Source: Sphyrna mokarran
Lineage: Eukaryota
DNA length: 64,000 nucleotides
NCBI GenBank assembly: GCA_024679065.1
Contig: JAGIQG010000009.1
Coordinates: forward strand, 73,222,001 to 73,286,000
Direction: 5' to 3'
Shown here in pieces: positions 39,047-52,269 of this stretch. The notes beneath the pieces are model-generated. The model was not told the DNA's origin. It did no database searches and saw only the letters and a list, made by a program, of their open reading frames with translations. Position 1 is the stretch's first letter, and each line of letters begins with the position of its first letter. Made by a program: the position numbers and the translations under genes.

Positions 39047-40700
39047 CAAGAAAGCAAAATACTGCAGAAGCTGGAATCTGAAACAAAAACAGAAATGCTG
39101 GAAAATCTCAGCAAGTCTGTCAGCATCTGTGAGGAAAGAATAGAGCTAACGCTTTAAGTCTAGATGACCCTTTGTTGGAGTTATCCCCATCCACTACCAT
39201 TCTCCTCCATCTGGCTGAACTGGTTCTCTTGGCCAACAATTTTTCCTTCAGTTCATCTCACTTCCTCCAAATAAAATATGTGCCCATGGCACGCACATGG
39301 GTCCCAGATGTGCCTATCTCTTTATGGGTTATGTGGAGCATTCCTTGTTCCAGTTCTACACTGGCCTCCTCCCACAACTCCTTTATCGGTACATCAACGA
39401 CTATTTCAGTGCCACTTTATGCTTTTGCCTGAATCTGGAAAAGTTTATCAATTTTCCTTCCAATTTCTATCCCTTGATCACATTCACATTATCCATCTCT
39501 GACACTTCTCTTCCTTGATCTCTCTGCCTCCATTCCTGGTGATAAACTGTCCACTAGTATCGTGCAAACTCACCTACTCGCACAACTACCTTGATTACAG
39601 CTCTTCTCACCCCACATCCTGTAAGGAATCCATTTCCATTCTCTCAGTTTCTTCACTTCTGTTGCATCTGTTCAGATGATGCTTTCCAAAGCAATGTGCT
39701 GATATGTCTGCCTTCTTCCACACTTGTGATTTTCCATCCACTGTGGTTGACAAGGGTCTCAACTGCATAGAACCCATCACACAAGTTCTCACTCTCTCTC
39801 AGAACCATGCTAGGGTTCCTGTTGTCCTCGTTGTTCACCTCACCAGCCTTCGCATTTGAAAAATCATCCTCCGCCATTTCTGCCAACTCCAGCAAGATGC
39901 TACTGCACCTGCACCCCCCTCCCCGTCAGCATTCTTCAGCGACCCTTCTCTTGGGACACCCTTCTCCATTTTTCAATCAAACCCAATACCTCATTCTCTC
40001 CCTACAATCTTCCCATGCAATCGTAGAAGGTGTAACACTTGCCACTTTACCTCCTCTCAGATCACCGTCCCAGACCCGAAGTAGGCTTTTCAGGTGAAGT
40101 AGTGCTTCACATGCACTCCTTCAATCTTGCATTCATTGCTCCCAATGTGGTCTAGTCAACATTAAAGAGACCAAACACAGACTGAGTGACTGCTTTGCAG
40201 AACATTTTTGGTCTGTCGATAAGCAGGACCCAGACCTTCCTGTTGCTTGCCATTTCAACACATCACTCTGCTCTCCTGTCCAATATGGCCATTCTTGGCA
40301 ATGTTCTAGCGAACACCAGTGAAAACTAGAGGAACAGCATCTCATCCTCCGAGTGGGCCCTCTTCAGCCTTCTGGACTAAACCTTGAGTTCAACAACTTC
40401 AGGGCATAAACTCCCCTCTCCATCTTCACCCCATTTCCATTTATTTTATAGCATTTTGCTTCATCCTATTCATTCATTCCATCACCTCTCTGCCTCACTT
40501 CCATTTTTCCACTTCTGCATTCCGGGTCTCCTTCTTGCCATCCCCCTCCCCCCGCTACCCCCCATTTTCCCCTTCTAGACAATTGCCATAATCTAATCAC
40601 CAGACAGCCTTGTAACAATCTGTACCTGTGCCATTCACTTATTCTGATTGCTTAATGGACACTTTTAGCACCTTCTCAACATTCTATATCCTCATTTACT
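39047..40700 (+). mobile_element. Penelope-like element (second family): inverted pseudo-LTR piece followed by decayed RT and GIY-YIG endonuclease
   Basis: LAELVL.NNFSF..HFLQIK.VPM / MGP..AYLFMGYVE..RYINDY (PLE RT motifs) at 39190-39410; CSQCGL..ETKHRLSD.FAEH...PVACHFN (GIY-YIG) at 40135-40260; 39047-39180 is an inverted pLTR. Confidence 0.88.
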
Positions 40701-40704
40701 TTTT

Positions 40705-41500
40705 CTTCGTCCTATTCCCTGCTCTGCCATCAGGTGATTTATCCACCTTCAGACCTTTGAGTTTCTCCAGAACCACCTGCTTAGTGGCCACTACACTCAC
40801 CTCTGCCCCCCAACTCTCCTGAAGCTCTGGCATCCCACTGGTGTCTTCCACCGTGAAGACTAATGCAAAGTAACTGTTTAGTTCCTCTGACATTTTTTTT
40901 GTTTCCTATTCTTCTCCAGCCTCATTTTCCAGTGGTCCAATGTTTGTTTTTCCTCTCTCTTATCTTTTATATATTAAAAATAACTCTTCCTATCTTTTAT
41001 ATTACAAGTAGCTTACACTAATCTTCATCTTCTCCCCGCCCTCATAACCCCCATTGTTTTTTTAGTTCTGCTCTGCTCATTTTTAAAGGTTTCCTAATTC
41101 CCTGGCTTCCCACTAATTCTCACCACTCTGTATGCTTTCACTTTTTCATTTTTGCTGTCCTTGACTTCCTTCATCAACCATGGATACTTCACTCTCCCCT
41201 TAGCCTGTTTCCTCCTTTTCTAGATGAATTTCTATTGTATCTCCAGAATAACTTCCAAGTAACTTTGCCATTGCTGTTGCACTGTCTTCCCTGCTAGGCT
41301 CCCTTTCCAAACAACTCTGGCCAGCTCTTCCCTTATGTTTTTGTGTTATTTTTATTTAATTATAATACCATTACATCTGATTCCAGCATCTTCCTCTCAA
41401 GCTGCAAGGGTAAGTTTTGTCATATTGTGGTCACTGTTCCTGAAGGGTTCCTTTACCTTAAGTTCCTTAATCAAGTTTGTCTCATTACCAAATAGAGCTG
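40705..41500 (-). mobile_element. CR1 ORF2 internal fragment
   Basis: ORF 40696..40893 EELNSYFALVFTVED...LEKLKGLKVDKSPD is the CR1 EN-RT linker. Confidence 0.85.
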
Positions 41501-41929
41501 ATTTAAATCTGGTTTAGGTAAAGGGATAACACCCGTGTCACAGCATTTGCTGAGACCAAAGTAGGTTTGTGCCAGTAAACTATACAAACATGGAATGGGT
41601 TAATAATCTTTGTTACTGAAGACTCTGAGCTACATTTGATAAGAGCTCTCTTATGACTCCGATGGGCACCCTAGCACTAAGTATACAGGCATTTTGTTTG
41701 CTTGCAATAATCACCTAAGGTTCAATAAACCTTAAAAGAAGATGAAACTGCCCTATCGAAGCCTGTTGTTTTAAGTGTGTATTGAAAATCTTAACAGGTT
41801 TTCTTTTTTTCATTTTTCTATGACTTGTTAATGGATTAGCCTTTTCGTCTTTGCAAGGAAAATGATGGGATTAGATGGCTTTTGAGCTGTTCTGAATGTT
41901 TCGGTATTTTTTCATTTACCATTAGTTTT

Positions 41930-42277
41930 CCCATGGCAGGACAGTGCTTAGCATTTCTGCCTCACAATGTGGGGGACCCAGGTTTAATTCCTGGCTTGGG
42001 TCATTGTCTGTGCGGAATCTGCATGCTGTCCCAATGTCTGCATGGGTTTCCTGTAGGTACTCCAGTTCCCTCCCATAATCGGAAAGACGCGCTGGCATTA
42101 GATGCATTGGCATGCCAAATTCTGCGCCAGTGTACCCGAACGGGCACTGGAGTGTGGTGACTAGGGAATTTTCACAATAACTTCACTGCAGTGTTAATGT
42201 AAGCCTACTTGTGGGAGGAACCCGGGTCCCTGGTGGTGTGAGGCAGCAGTGCTAACCACTGTGCCATCATGCCACCC
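41930..42277 (+). mobile_element. V-SINE followed by an inverted SINE head (42213-42277, minus strand)
   Basis: Head, V-domain and tail at 41930-42212, then aacccgggtccctggtggtgtgaggcagcagtgctaaccactgtgcc. Confidence 0.85.
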
Positions 42278-42672
42278 AAACTCTGTGTTGTTTAGGTCAA
42301 TGTTGGGCAGAGAAAGCTGTACAACAAATCAAAATGGGTGTGAAGTTAACTTCCAGAATAATTAGTGATGTTGATTCTGAGACAATAAGATTCAAACATT
42401 TAATTTGGGAGCAGAATGAAGAGTAAGAACTGCATTAATTTCTGACTAGCAAGTATTAATCATAAAGTAAAATGAAAATATATTTTCCCTTTAGTATGAT
42501 TGGTTTGAAAATATAAATGCCCTGATGGCAGAAAGAGAAATTAAAATCAAAGTATTTCTGTGGCTGAGGTTGTTAAATTATGTCAATAGGTCAGAGCAAG
42601 AAGATGTAAGAAAAATCTAGAGAGTGAGGAGTAGGAAAACATTCACTCGTTACAGCTGCTACTTAAAAATAA

Positions 42673-43590
42673 TGGGAGCAATTCTCAGCCAGGAGACATA
42701 AGCGGAGACCATGTTACAGGCTTCCCGCAGAATATCAAGGCTTTCGCACTTCTCCGACTTCCAGATTTCCAGCGGCATCAGTTCCGTGCTGGAAGTTGGC
42801 GCGGAGTCGAATAAATTATTTAAAGCAACATTTTACTCTCATTAGCGGGCCGAAGGCTGAAGTCTTTGGGCCTATTACCCTCTTATACCTGAACCAGAAG
42901 TGTTTCAGTGAGTTTACAACAGGGAAGTAGTGACTTGACTGCTGCAGTGAAGGGGGCCATGGAGGATCCCCAAGAGGACAGAGGTAAGGGGGGTGTCCCC
43001 TGGGCATTGCCAGTTGGCAGTGCCAGCCTGGCCTCCTGGCACAATAAAGGGACAAAATGGCAATACCCAGGGCCACCTTAGCACTGTTCACTGGGCACAG
43101 GACAGTGCCGAGGGGACAAGGAAAGGAGGACGTAATCTTATGGGGCAGGGAGTTGGGGGGGGGTTTGAGATTGGTGGGAGTGGGGGAGGGGGGGTTGGTC
43201 AGGAAAATCAGGACTGCTTGGAGTGGGGGGAAATTGAAGCAGGCGGGTTGGGGTGGGACAGGTATTTGGAGGCCAGTGATCAGAGGTTGGCCAGCGATGG
43301 GGAATCATGGAGCTGACCAGCGATCAAGCTGGTTAGTGATCAAGAGGTCAAGGGTGAGGGACTACTGCGCATGTGGTGTTCTCGACACTGACAGATCAGT
43401 GCATGTGCCTGGTCTCTACCGCAGGAAAACGCTCTGCCCATTAATTTTTCATGAGATTCACACTAGAGCAATCTGTGAACCACAGAGTGTGGGAAATTCA
43501 TTTTGAAAATCCCACTGAAAAACGCAGACGCGTTTACTTCAGTTTTTACCTGAATTTGTCACTTAGAATTTTTTCGGGAGAATTCTACCC
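42673..43590. mobile_element. Non-autonomous TIR DNA element (probably Harbinger-related), GC-rich core
   Basis: Imperfect terminal inverted repeats gggagcaattctc / gagaattctaccc; G-rich centre; related remnants at ~16820-17120, 38360-39040, 51825-52260 and 59260-59520. Confidence 0.55.
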
Positions 43591-44094
43591 ACAAATGGTA
43601 AAAATAAGGTCAACTTAGAAATAGGCAAAACAAATTGTAAATACAAATCAACTTACAAACCGGTAAAATGATAATAAATAGGTAAAATACTTGTAAAAAT
43701 TGGATCGATTTATGAATAATGACCTGATTGAAATTGTCAAAGTATTGAGGCCAAGCAATTAACACCTTATGTTCTTCTCTAGGTGCTACTCTGTGGATCT
43801 GTACGTAGTTAATGCATGTGGAACAATGTGTACATGAATTCTAACTAGTGCTCCAGTCAATCATGAAATGGCAGTTGTGCACAGTTTAAAATACCAATGC
43901 ATTAATACACATTAAGCTTATGAATCCATAGACCTTTATATTTCAATATAGTATGCCGTAGCCAGCCAATTTTCTCCAGTGTGTCAAGAACTAATGCATT
44001 TTTCCAGACTTTTCAGTTGACATTAACACTTGAAAATGTAGTAGGTGTCATTAATAGAACAGCAGTAAAACAGTAGTAAAAAAGCAGAGCAAGA

Positions 44095-44440
44095 ATCTCT
44101 TGCATTTTTATAGTGCTTTAATGACTACAGAATGTATGATCTTATTGCAGTGAAGTACTTTTGAATGTAGAAAACACGTCGCCAGTTTTGCTCACGAAAA
44201 AGTCCCCCAAACAGCAATTTGGTAAGGACCAGATAATACATTCTTTTTGGACGCTGATTGAAAGACTAACGGATTAACTCTGAAAATCTTTATTACAAAT
44301 CATACCATTGATGTCAAACATTCACCCAAGAAGGCAGATGGGTCAGTTTAATGTTTCACCCAAGTGAAGACATTCCTGTCAGTGCAGCATTCTCTTGGTT
44401 CTGTAAGTGGAGATTCAGCATTGTGTTTTGTACTCAGGCT
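44095..44440 (-). mobile_element. Deu-type SINE remnant
   Basis: ttgcatttttatagtgctttaatg tail and tgaagtacttttgaa, homologous to the 8560 and 10480 copies. Confidence 0.6.
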
Positions 44441-44611
44441 TTCACAAAACAGGTAGAGCAAGCAAGTAGGAAGGCATATAACATGTTCGCCTTTATTGTA
44501 AAGGGATTGGCAGAAATACTATGGGGAAATTAATGATGTTGCCCTGATGTATTCTTGTTCTGCCCTTTCATTGTAGTAATCCTGGTACGAAAACTGGAGT
44601 TCTGTCAGGGA

Positions 44612-45079
44612 ACTCCAGGGAGTTCTCCAGGAACTGTCAAGGATTCTGTCAAGTAAGCATTCTCCAAGACAGCCCTTATGACACACGACAGTGCAGGGTT
44701 GCTGAGCAGAGACTGATAGCTAAGTTCCGCACACATGAGGACGGTCTCAACAGGGATTTTGGGTTCATGTTGCACTGTCTATAAACCCCATGACTTGCCT
44801 GGATTTGCTAAACCTCACTTACTGTACTGTCTGGAGACAATACACATCTCTTTAACCTATGCCTAATGCTCTTTCCACTAACATTGTCTGCATCTTTAAG
44901 ACTTGAATAGCAGGTTAGTTGTAAAGACTCGCATTCTAATCTGTAAACTGTGTACGCTGTTATACGCTCTGTCTGAAGCCAGAACTCTCTATTCACCTGA
45001 TGAAGGGACAAACCTCGAAAGCTTGTGAGTTTACTATCAAATAAATTGGCTGGACTTTAACCTGGTGTTGTGAGACTTT
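44612..45079 (+). mobile_element. Penelope 3' end: GIY-YIG C-terminus plus pseudo-LTR
   Basis: Translates SILQDSPYDTRQCRVAEQRLIAKFRTHEDGLNRDFGFMLH; 13-bp TSD GTTCTGTCAGGGA at 44599-44611 and 45080-45092. Confidence 0.88.
44991..45030 (+). ncRNA. Minimal type I hammerhead ribozyme, intact core
   Basis: AUUCAC-CUGAUGA-A-GGGacaaacCUC-GAAA-GCUU-GUGAGU; stem I 6 bp, short stem II, palindromic AAGCUU. Confidence 0.72.
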
Positions 45080-46079
45080 GTTCTGTCAGGGAGGCAGCCC
45101 AATTTGTAAACTGATTTTGCTAAGTGAGAATATCCATTCGAAGAGACAAACCAGCAAGATGATACCCAGTGGCTTTTGTGTGTTAATAATTCATGATAAA
45201 ACCATTTGGGTCAATCTCATCCCAAGACAGGTTCCAGCTTTGCTCTGGGACTACTTGTTTCAGTTAATTAAGACTTTCAGCCAGGTGACATGAACTTGTA
45301 TAGAATGCCTGCAGGTGGAATTCACTAATGCTCCAGGGAAGTTTAGTTGCTGCAAGTACTTTTGCTGCCTTTACTTTTATATATGGTCAACCTTCCTAGT
45401 GAATAGAAATGTTCGATAAATTCAAGGCAGTTTTCTTTTCCTGAGATCATCAAGGGAAAGATCAGAATAACCTGAAAAAAGGCAGTTGAAAATCAACATC
45501 AAATAAGATTATTGCTGAGGAATGTTCTTTCAGATCCTTTGCTACTTAGTATATTAGCAAAGAGTTTTATGTCATTAACACAAATTCACATGTTCTACAA
45601 ACCATTGTAATCTACATTTATGTTACAATTATATATCATGTTAGCTTAAAGCTTGCAAGTGACAGCATATTCTGCGCTCCTTCTGAAGTTCAGGCCATCA
45701 CCAGGGGGCTCATGACATTTCCAGTCATCTAACGAGATATATTAGATATGTGATGCACACTTTTGTTTGTAGGGTTGGCATTGAACAGAAATAAATTATT
45801 TGAGTGAAATCCCCAGAAATATCATTTCATCCTTATCCCTAAGGCATGACTGAATCACAGCTGGATATCACCGCAGGGAAATTTGATGTTTCTGTCCAGG
45901 AATGCCTTTAATGGTTGGAGAACTCAATATGTTGAACCATGCACGTTTGTACAGATGGCTTTTTCAGCTATCTTTGCTTCCTGTTGCCTCGAGTGAAAGA
46001 CATGCATTTCCCAAACCAAGGGTACTTATTATGAGCTACAAGTAAATATTTTGGTTTATTTGTAAACCTGGACCATCTA

Positions 46080-47425
46080 GTAAAGATATGGAACTTCTAA
46101 ATGCCAATGTTCAGAGGGACATCATGAGTGTTCTCATACAAGGAACACATAAAGTTAGTATGCAGCTAGAGCAAGCAAGTAGGAAGGAAAATGGCATGTT
46201 GGTCTTTATTGTAAAGGGATTGGAATATGAGAATAAAGACATTGTGCAACAATTGTACAGAACTGTGGTGTAATCACACTTGCTGTGTGTAATTTTACTC
46301 CCCATAATCTAAGAAAGGACGTACTCTCATTTAAAGATGCGTATTGAAGTTTCATTGGATTGATTCCTGGGATCAGAAAGTTGCCCTGTGATGGGGGACT
46401 GAGTAAATTGGGTCTATATTCTCTGGAGTTCAGAAGAATGAGAGATGACCTCATTTAAATGTATGTTATGGTTCAGGATTTAAAATTTTTTGAAGCCCAT
46501 CTGAATCATAAGTTTTACATCTTGACTTTGGCTAGGATAAGCATGAGATATTTCACTTTAGGTACGATTCAGATGATCCAGTGGGGAGCTTTGCCCAAAC
46601 AAAGTTTATTAAAGAATATAGTTAACATGAATAGTAGGAAAATTAACAAGAACTTTATCAAAAACAAACAAGAAACAAAACAACCACCATAATATATAAC
46701 TCTTAATGGATGTCTCTAATGTGTTCCAATTAAAACCAAAATTCCATAAACAAACTCTTTATACATATTTATCATTGCACAGGCTAAAGATCAGTTAATA
46801 CAGGAATCTAAATCCTAGAGTTGAATACTGATTTTAAATGATCTTGAAAACTCAGAGCATCATGGCAATAAGCTATGCATTCAGCCAACTGGTAAAAATT
46901 TCAAAATAATGAACAGAGAGATAAACTTCTTTCAGCTTTGTTTCTAACACTGCAACCAAAATGAAATTTAGAACAACTCTGATCATATGACCAGCACACA
47001 GTTTTTTTTCTATTTCACCTCCCACAATGACATCATCTAAGGCTGGGAGCTGCAGAGATCATTATTTTTTTTAAAAAAAAAATCTCTTATATGGGACTAA
47101 TAGCACATACAGAAAATTATGAAGTTGCTTGACAGGATAAACAGTAAAAGATTGTTTCCCATAGCTGGGGAATCTAAAACATGGGCATAGTTTCATATAA
47201 AACACTGATCACTGAAAGAAGAAAAATTTTCCTTTAAGTGTTGTAAATTTTTGGAATTCTCTCCCTCAAAATGTGGTGGTGGTTCCATTATTAAATATGT
47301 GTAAGGTTGAGATTTTTGGTCTCTGAGACTATCAAGAAATATGGAGGTGAGGAAAAGATCAGCCAAGACAGTATTGAGTGGCAGAGCAGGCTTAAGGGAC
47401 CATACAGTTGTCTCTAGTTTCTGTT
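46080..47425 (+). mobile_element. CR1 3' end split by a solo-LTR-like insert
   Basis: ORF 46088 ...QASRKENGMLVFIVKGLEY..LYRTVV; gagatgacctcatttaaatgta ... aaaattatgaag rejoin across the insert. Confidence 0.8.
46464..47107. mobile_element. Solo-LTR-like element, homologous to 4521-5222
   Basis: tgttatggttcagg start and ctaatagcaca end; interrupts the CR1 cleanly. Confidence 0.6.
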
Positions 47426-49119
47426 TGTTGTTTTCTTTTGATTCCAAACAGTAGTGATAAAGACCTTTTGATGCCTTAGCAAAGCTGAAAGATCCATGAC
47501 AAAGAAAATCCAAATTTTCCTCATAGTATATTGGAAGGCACTTATTAAGTAAGCCAACTTGATCTAGTTTCAGTTTTAGTCATCTTTTGCTAAGACCTGA
47601 GGATTAAATAGCAAACATTGTTATGTGATACATCTCACACTCAAAACCAATGTTGTCCCACCAAGTGCATGTTCGCACAAGTGCTGACCATACAAAAACT
47701 GCTACAGGTTCAATCCAATGTGTCCAAAAGGTTGAAATTATTTTGAGCATTATTTTCTCTGTTTGTAGAGTTTTCCTGTAATATTATTGTTAGAAATAAT
47801 GCAGTTCAGATGTTGGATTGTATGTGGAATTTGTGGAATTCGAATAAATTCCTTTCAGCAGGTAATGGCGATAATCTTACCTTCTCATCCTGATGGCAAG
47901 AAAGCCTATATAGTTCCACACTACACTTCTTCATTCATGCAAGGATAGCTTCGGAATCATACCTGATAGCAGCTTTCACCTTTGAGTTTCATGGGTCCAA
48001 TTTTTATCAGCAAGGCACACTTTTATAAACCCTTGCTCCCATGTGTCATGACTTTTCTGATGCTGTACGTGACTCCTGACCAACCAGTAAAATGATGCTT
48101 CATGTTTGGCAACTTCTGGGAAAATACCCAACCCATTAGCGTCTCCAAGTGTTTGCTTAGCTTTCCAGGTTTTATGCCTCTAAAGCCTGCTCACACATGA
48201 CCTCGCGAGTTCCTGGATTCATTTTAATAGCAAAATTGACCTCTTCCTCAAAGAGAATTGCTTTTTCTCACAAGAAGTCAGGATCTTTTTGCCTCTACTT
48301 CTTTGTTTTTATCTTTGCATCATGTACTGTTTTCCTTCTCCTTCCAGCTTTGTGCCACACATCTTAACCTCCTCTCTTTTGGCACAGCTTCCAGGTCAAG
48401 GGTCACATGGAATAATATTTCTTATTACCCCCAAAAAATTACAATAAATCACGGTATCAGCCCAGTAACCCTGGACAATGTTCCTGAGTGAGGCCAAGGT
48501 ATGAGACCATGGCAGGATTGGAAAGTGAGAATGAGACTCTGAAAAAGCAGCCTGCTTGTGTAAGGGGAACCAGTAGAACTTGACAATGTTGTGTTATTTA
48601 ATTGTTTGAGACATTGTACCATGAGGACACACAAATTCTGTTCATAATGAGATGTAACTCATGAAAGATGGGGAGTGAGGGATACTGGAAAGCTCTGAGC
48701 ACCTAAAGCTTGAGATGATAAAACTACACGGCGGAAGTGGAGGGTACATTGAAACTGAATTGCGCTCTGAAGAAGATGTACAGCAAGGAACTTTAAAATT
48801 TTAAAGGAACAGATGTAGAAATTGGAGATCTGCAGAACATTATAAAGTTCTATCCTGGTAGGTAACCAGCCAAGATGTGTTGTTCGAGGTTGGCCCAAAA
48901 TCACATGAGTATGATAGGAGTAGAAGAGAATAGCCTTGTGTTTTTGGCACCAAAATTGGGAAATGCTGGTTTACCTAGGCCTTAATTTCAGATGAACCAA
49001 TGAGCTTGTGCATTAACGGCAGGAGAGACTCATCCAGAATGAGACTCAGCCAGAGTGAGTTTGGGTCACAGGAATTTCGAGCTGTGTGGGAATTGAATTG
49101 GTCAGTCTTTCACTCTCTC

Positions 49120-49515
49120 TTTGTAAGAAGAAGATCAATAAGGAACTGATTCAGTTAGCTGAGTGACAGTCAACTATCAATAGAGTGGAAAGGATAAAAT
49201 TGTTTCTCTTGATGGAGAATTCTAGAACTAGGAAGCATAGGTTCAAGATAAATGACAGTAGGTGTAGAGGGGACATGAGGAAGAAATCTTTTACACAAAG
49301 CATAGTGGGTATGTGGAATTCACTGCCTGAGTTGTGGTGGAGGCAGATATCCTAACTTTTAAAAGTGGCTGGATCTGCACCTTAAGTGCTATAAACTACA
49401 GGTTTATGGGTCAGGTGCAGGAAGGTGGGATTGGAAAGACCACTTGGGTGTCCTTGGGTTGGTATGGACAAGATGGGGTGAACAACTGCCTTCTGTAGTG
49501 ATTTTTCAATGGTTC
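49120..49515 (+). mobile_element. CR1 3' end
   Basis: ttgtttctcttgatggagaattctagaactaggaagcatagg, ttttacacaaagcatagtgggtatgtggaattcactgcct. Confidence 0.8.
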
Positions 49516-50059
49516 AAAGGAATATATCAGCTGCTTAAAGCACCTAACAGCAGTGGCAGAAATATTAGCTTCCACAGACTGAATATCCTAAACAGTTTTC
49601 TTCTCCCCAGTTGAACTTTGCCTCCAGTCTAGCTGCAAAATGGAAGAGTCTCAGGAGTTTCTACTTCAGGAAGGTTATTATCAATACTTGCAAGTGCAAT
49701 AAAGTAACTAATTGAATGTTCCAGGGCATGTTCAGCCACGAGTCTCATTCAATCTCAGCAGCTGCAGGTGCACACCATGCTTACTGCAGATCCTGGCCCA
49801 CCTATTCAAGCAGATGGGATTGAAAGCCAGAGGCAAAAACACACTGGTAATAGTTGTCGATATTAAAGTCACTACACCAACATCTTATCACAGGGCAGAA
49901 TTCCTGTGGGATGCTGTTCAGAAACTGTAAAGATATAGAAATACTTTAGCTGTATGTGAGATCAAAAATGTATTTGATGATAGATCTGTGTCTCCATTTT
50001 GTAAGAGTATTATAGGAGAAGTGGGGGGGGGGGGTGCACGGAAGTGAAACAATGTCTGA

Positions 50060-50368
50060 TGAGGGTAGCACAGTGGTTAGCACAGCTGCCTCACAGCGTT
50101 GGGGAGTCGGGTTCAGTTCCATTCTCAAGTCACTGTCTGTGTGGAGTTTGCATGTTCTCCTTGTGCCTGTGTGAATTTCCTCTGGGTGCTCCGGTTTCCT
50201 CCCACAGTCCAAAGATGTGCAGGTTAGACTGAATGGCAATGCCAAATTCACCCTAGTGTCAGGGGATTAAATAGGTGGTGTTACAGGAATAGAGCCTGGG
50301 TGAGATTGTGGTTGGTGCAGACTTGATGGGCTAAATGGCCTTCTTCTGCACTGCAGGGATTCTATGAA
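50060..50368 (+). mobile_element. tRNA-derived V-SINE with CR1-type tail
   Basis: gtagcacagtggttagcacagctgcctcacagc head; tail gatgggctaaatggccttcttctgcactgcagggattctatg. Confidence 0.9.
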
Positions 50369-50827
50369 CTTCTTCATTTCACATTTTCTTATCCCTTTTG
50401 GCCGTATTGCCTCAAAAGTTTGCATCAGCAACAGGATGCATCAATTATAGTATTCAGCAAGTAACAAGACTTTTTTTTCCCCATTTGTTCATGGGATGTG
50501 AGCAAAGCTGGCTAAGCCATCATTCATTGACCACCTTTAATTGTCCTTGTGGTGTAGGTACATCCACGGTTATGTTACAGAGGGAGTTCCAGTTTTTTTT
50601 TGACCCAGCTACAGTGAAGGAATACATACATAATCCAAATTAGGATGTTGAATCAACTGGAGGGGAAACTGTGGATGGTGGTATTCTTATGCATTTGCTA
50701 CCATTGATCTTCTAGGCAGTAGAAATCATAAGTTTGAATCATAGAATGTCTACAATGCAGAAAGAGATCATTCAGCTATGGAGCCTGCACTGACAACAGC
50801 ATCAGCTTGGCCATGACCTCAAGTTTT

Positions 50828-51347
50828 TTAAAGTTTATTTATTAGTGTCACAAGTATGCTTACGTTAACACTGCACTGAAAATCCTCCAGTTGCCACATT
50901 CCGGCATCTGTCCAGGTACACTGAGGGAGAATTTATTACGGCCAGTGCATCTAATCAGCACGTCTTTCAGACTGTGGGAGGAAACTGGAGCATCCAGAAG
51001 AAACCCACACAGACATGGGGTCTGTATTTACCTTGAAAACCCGCTGACATTAAGACACAATTTATCATGCCAAACAATGTAACCTGCGTGTCTTTTGGAC
51101 TGTGGGAGGAAACCAGAGCACTTGGAGGAATCCTGCATGGGAAGAACATGCAAACTCCACACAGACAATAGCCCAAACCTGAAATTGAATCTGGGTCCCT
51201 GATGCTGTGAGGCAGCAGTACTAACCACTGCGCCACCATGCCACTTTTGAATGTGCGAACTCTACTCCGAGAATCACTCAAGGCTGGAATCGAGCCTGGG
51301 TCCCTGGCGCTATGTAAGCAGTACTTACTAAGTCACCATGCTGCCTC
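50828..51347 (-). mobile_element. Cluster of three nested or adjacent V-SINE pieces
   Basis: SINE bodies at ~50828-51020 and 51030-51245, extra head at 51270-51347. Confidence 0.8.
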
Positions 51348-52269
51348 ATGAAGGTGCTGTCAAAGTAGCCTTGCTCACATGGTGTGCTAGTCACTTAATT
51401 TAGGTGGTGGATGAAGCACTAATCAAGTAGACAGATTTGTCCTGGGTGGTGTTGAATTTCTGTACTTGTGCCAACTGTTCTTATCGGCACTTAGGAATGC
51501 AATTTCTCCTGGGATTAACCCATTACATTTTTCTGCAAATAACAGGGCTCGCCATTTGCAAGTATCCAAATAATAACAGGACTGTCAATTATAAAAAATT
51601 CTGCAAGAATTGTTGATTACAATTAGTTCAGTAATGAGAGAAGATTGTCAATTAGAATCATGTTCAGATAACTAGAATATTTAAAATTGTTGTAAGCGTG
51701 AAATGACATAATTTGTAACAGTCATGTCCTTATTCTGTGGACAAGGAAAGGGCCAGTTGTTAGTTATCAAGACGTGTGAAGGGGGATCTGTTCCCTTATT
51801 GGAATTTTTGATCAGTCATCATTATTATAACTTAGGCTTGATTCCTCTTTCTTGCATGATATTCTCACCTCAACTGGCCAATTTCTGCAAGTGACCCTAA
51901 CATCTGAAATCTCCCTTCTGTCTTTCTGTCTGCCTACCAAAGCAGGATGGAAAACACAGTAGCATGCAGCAGTACTTAAAATCATGTTTGCTATTAAATG
52001 ATTTCTCTGAGGCCTACATTTTTTAGGATGCTGGGATCTCAGCTCAGGGAACACATTCTCACCGACTCCGAGAGCCTCGCTACCATGTTATGCTCTCATG
52101 GGCGTTGAAAGGCATTAGACAGGATTTCATTGACTCATTTGGGATTGAGTCCCATTTCAGAGAACTGCCAACCAATCAAAATGTAGCTCTGCAGCCATCA
52201 GCAATGGGTACAGTAGCCAGAAAAGAACTGCATGGAGCTGCCGGAGACAAAGTCCCAAGAAGGTGAAGC

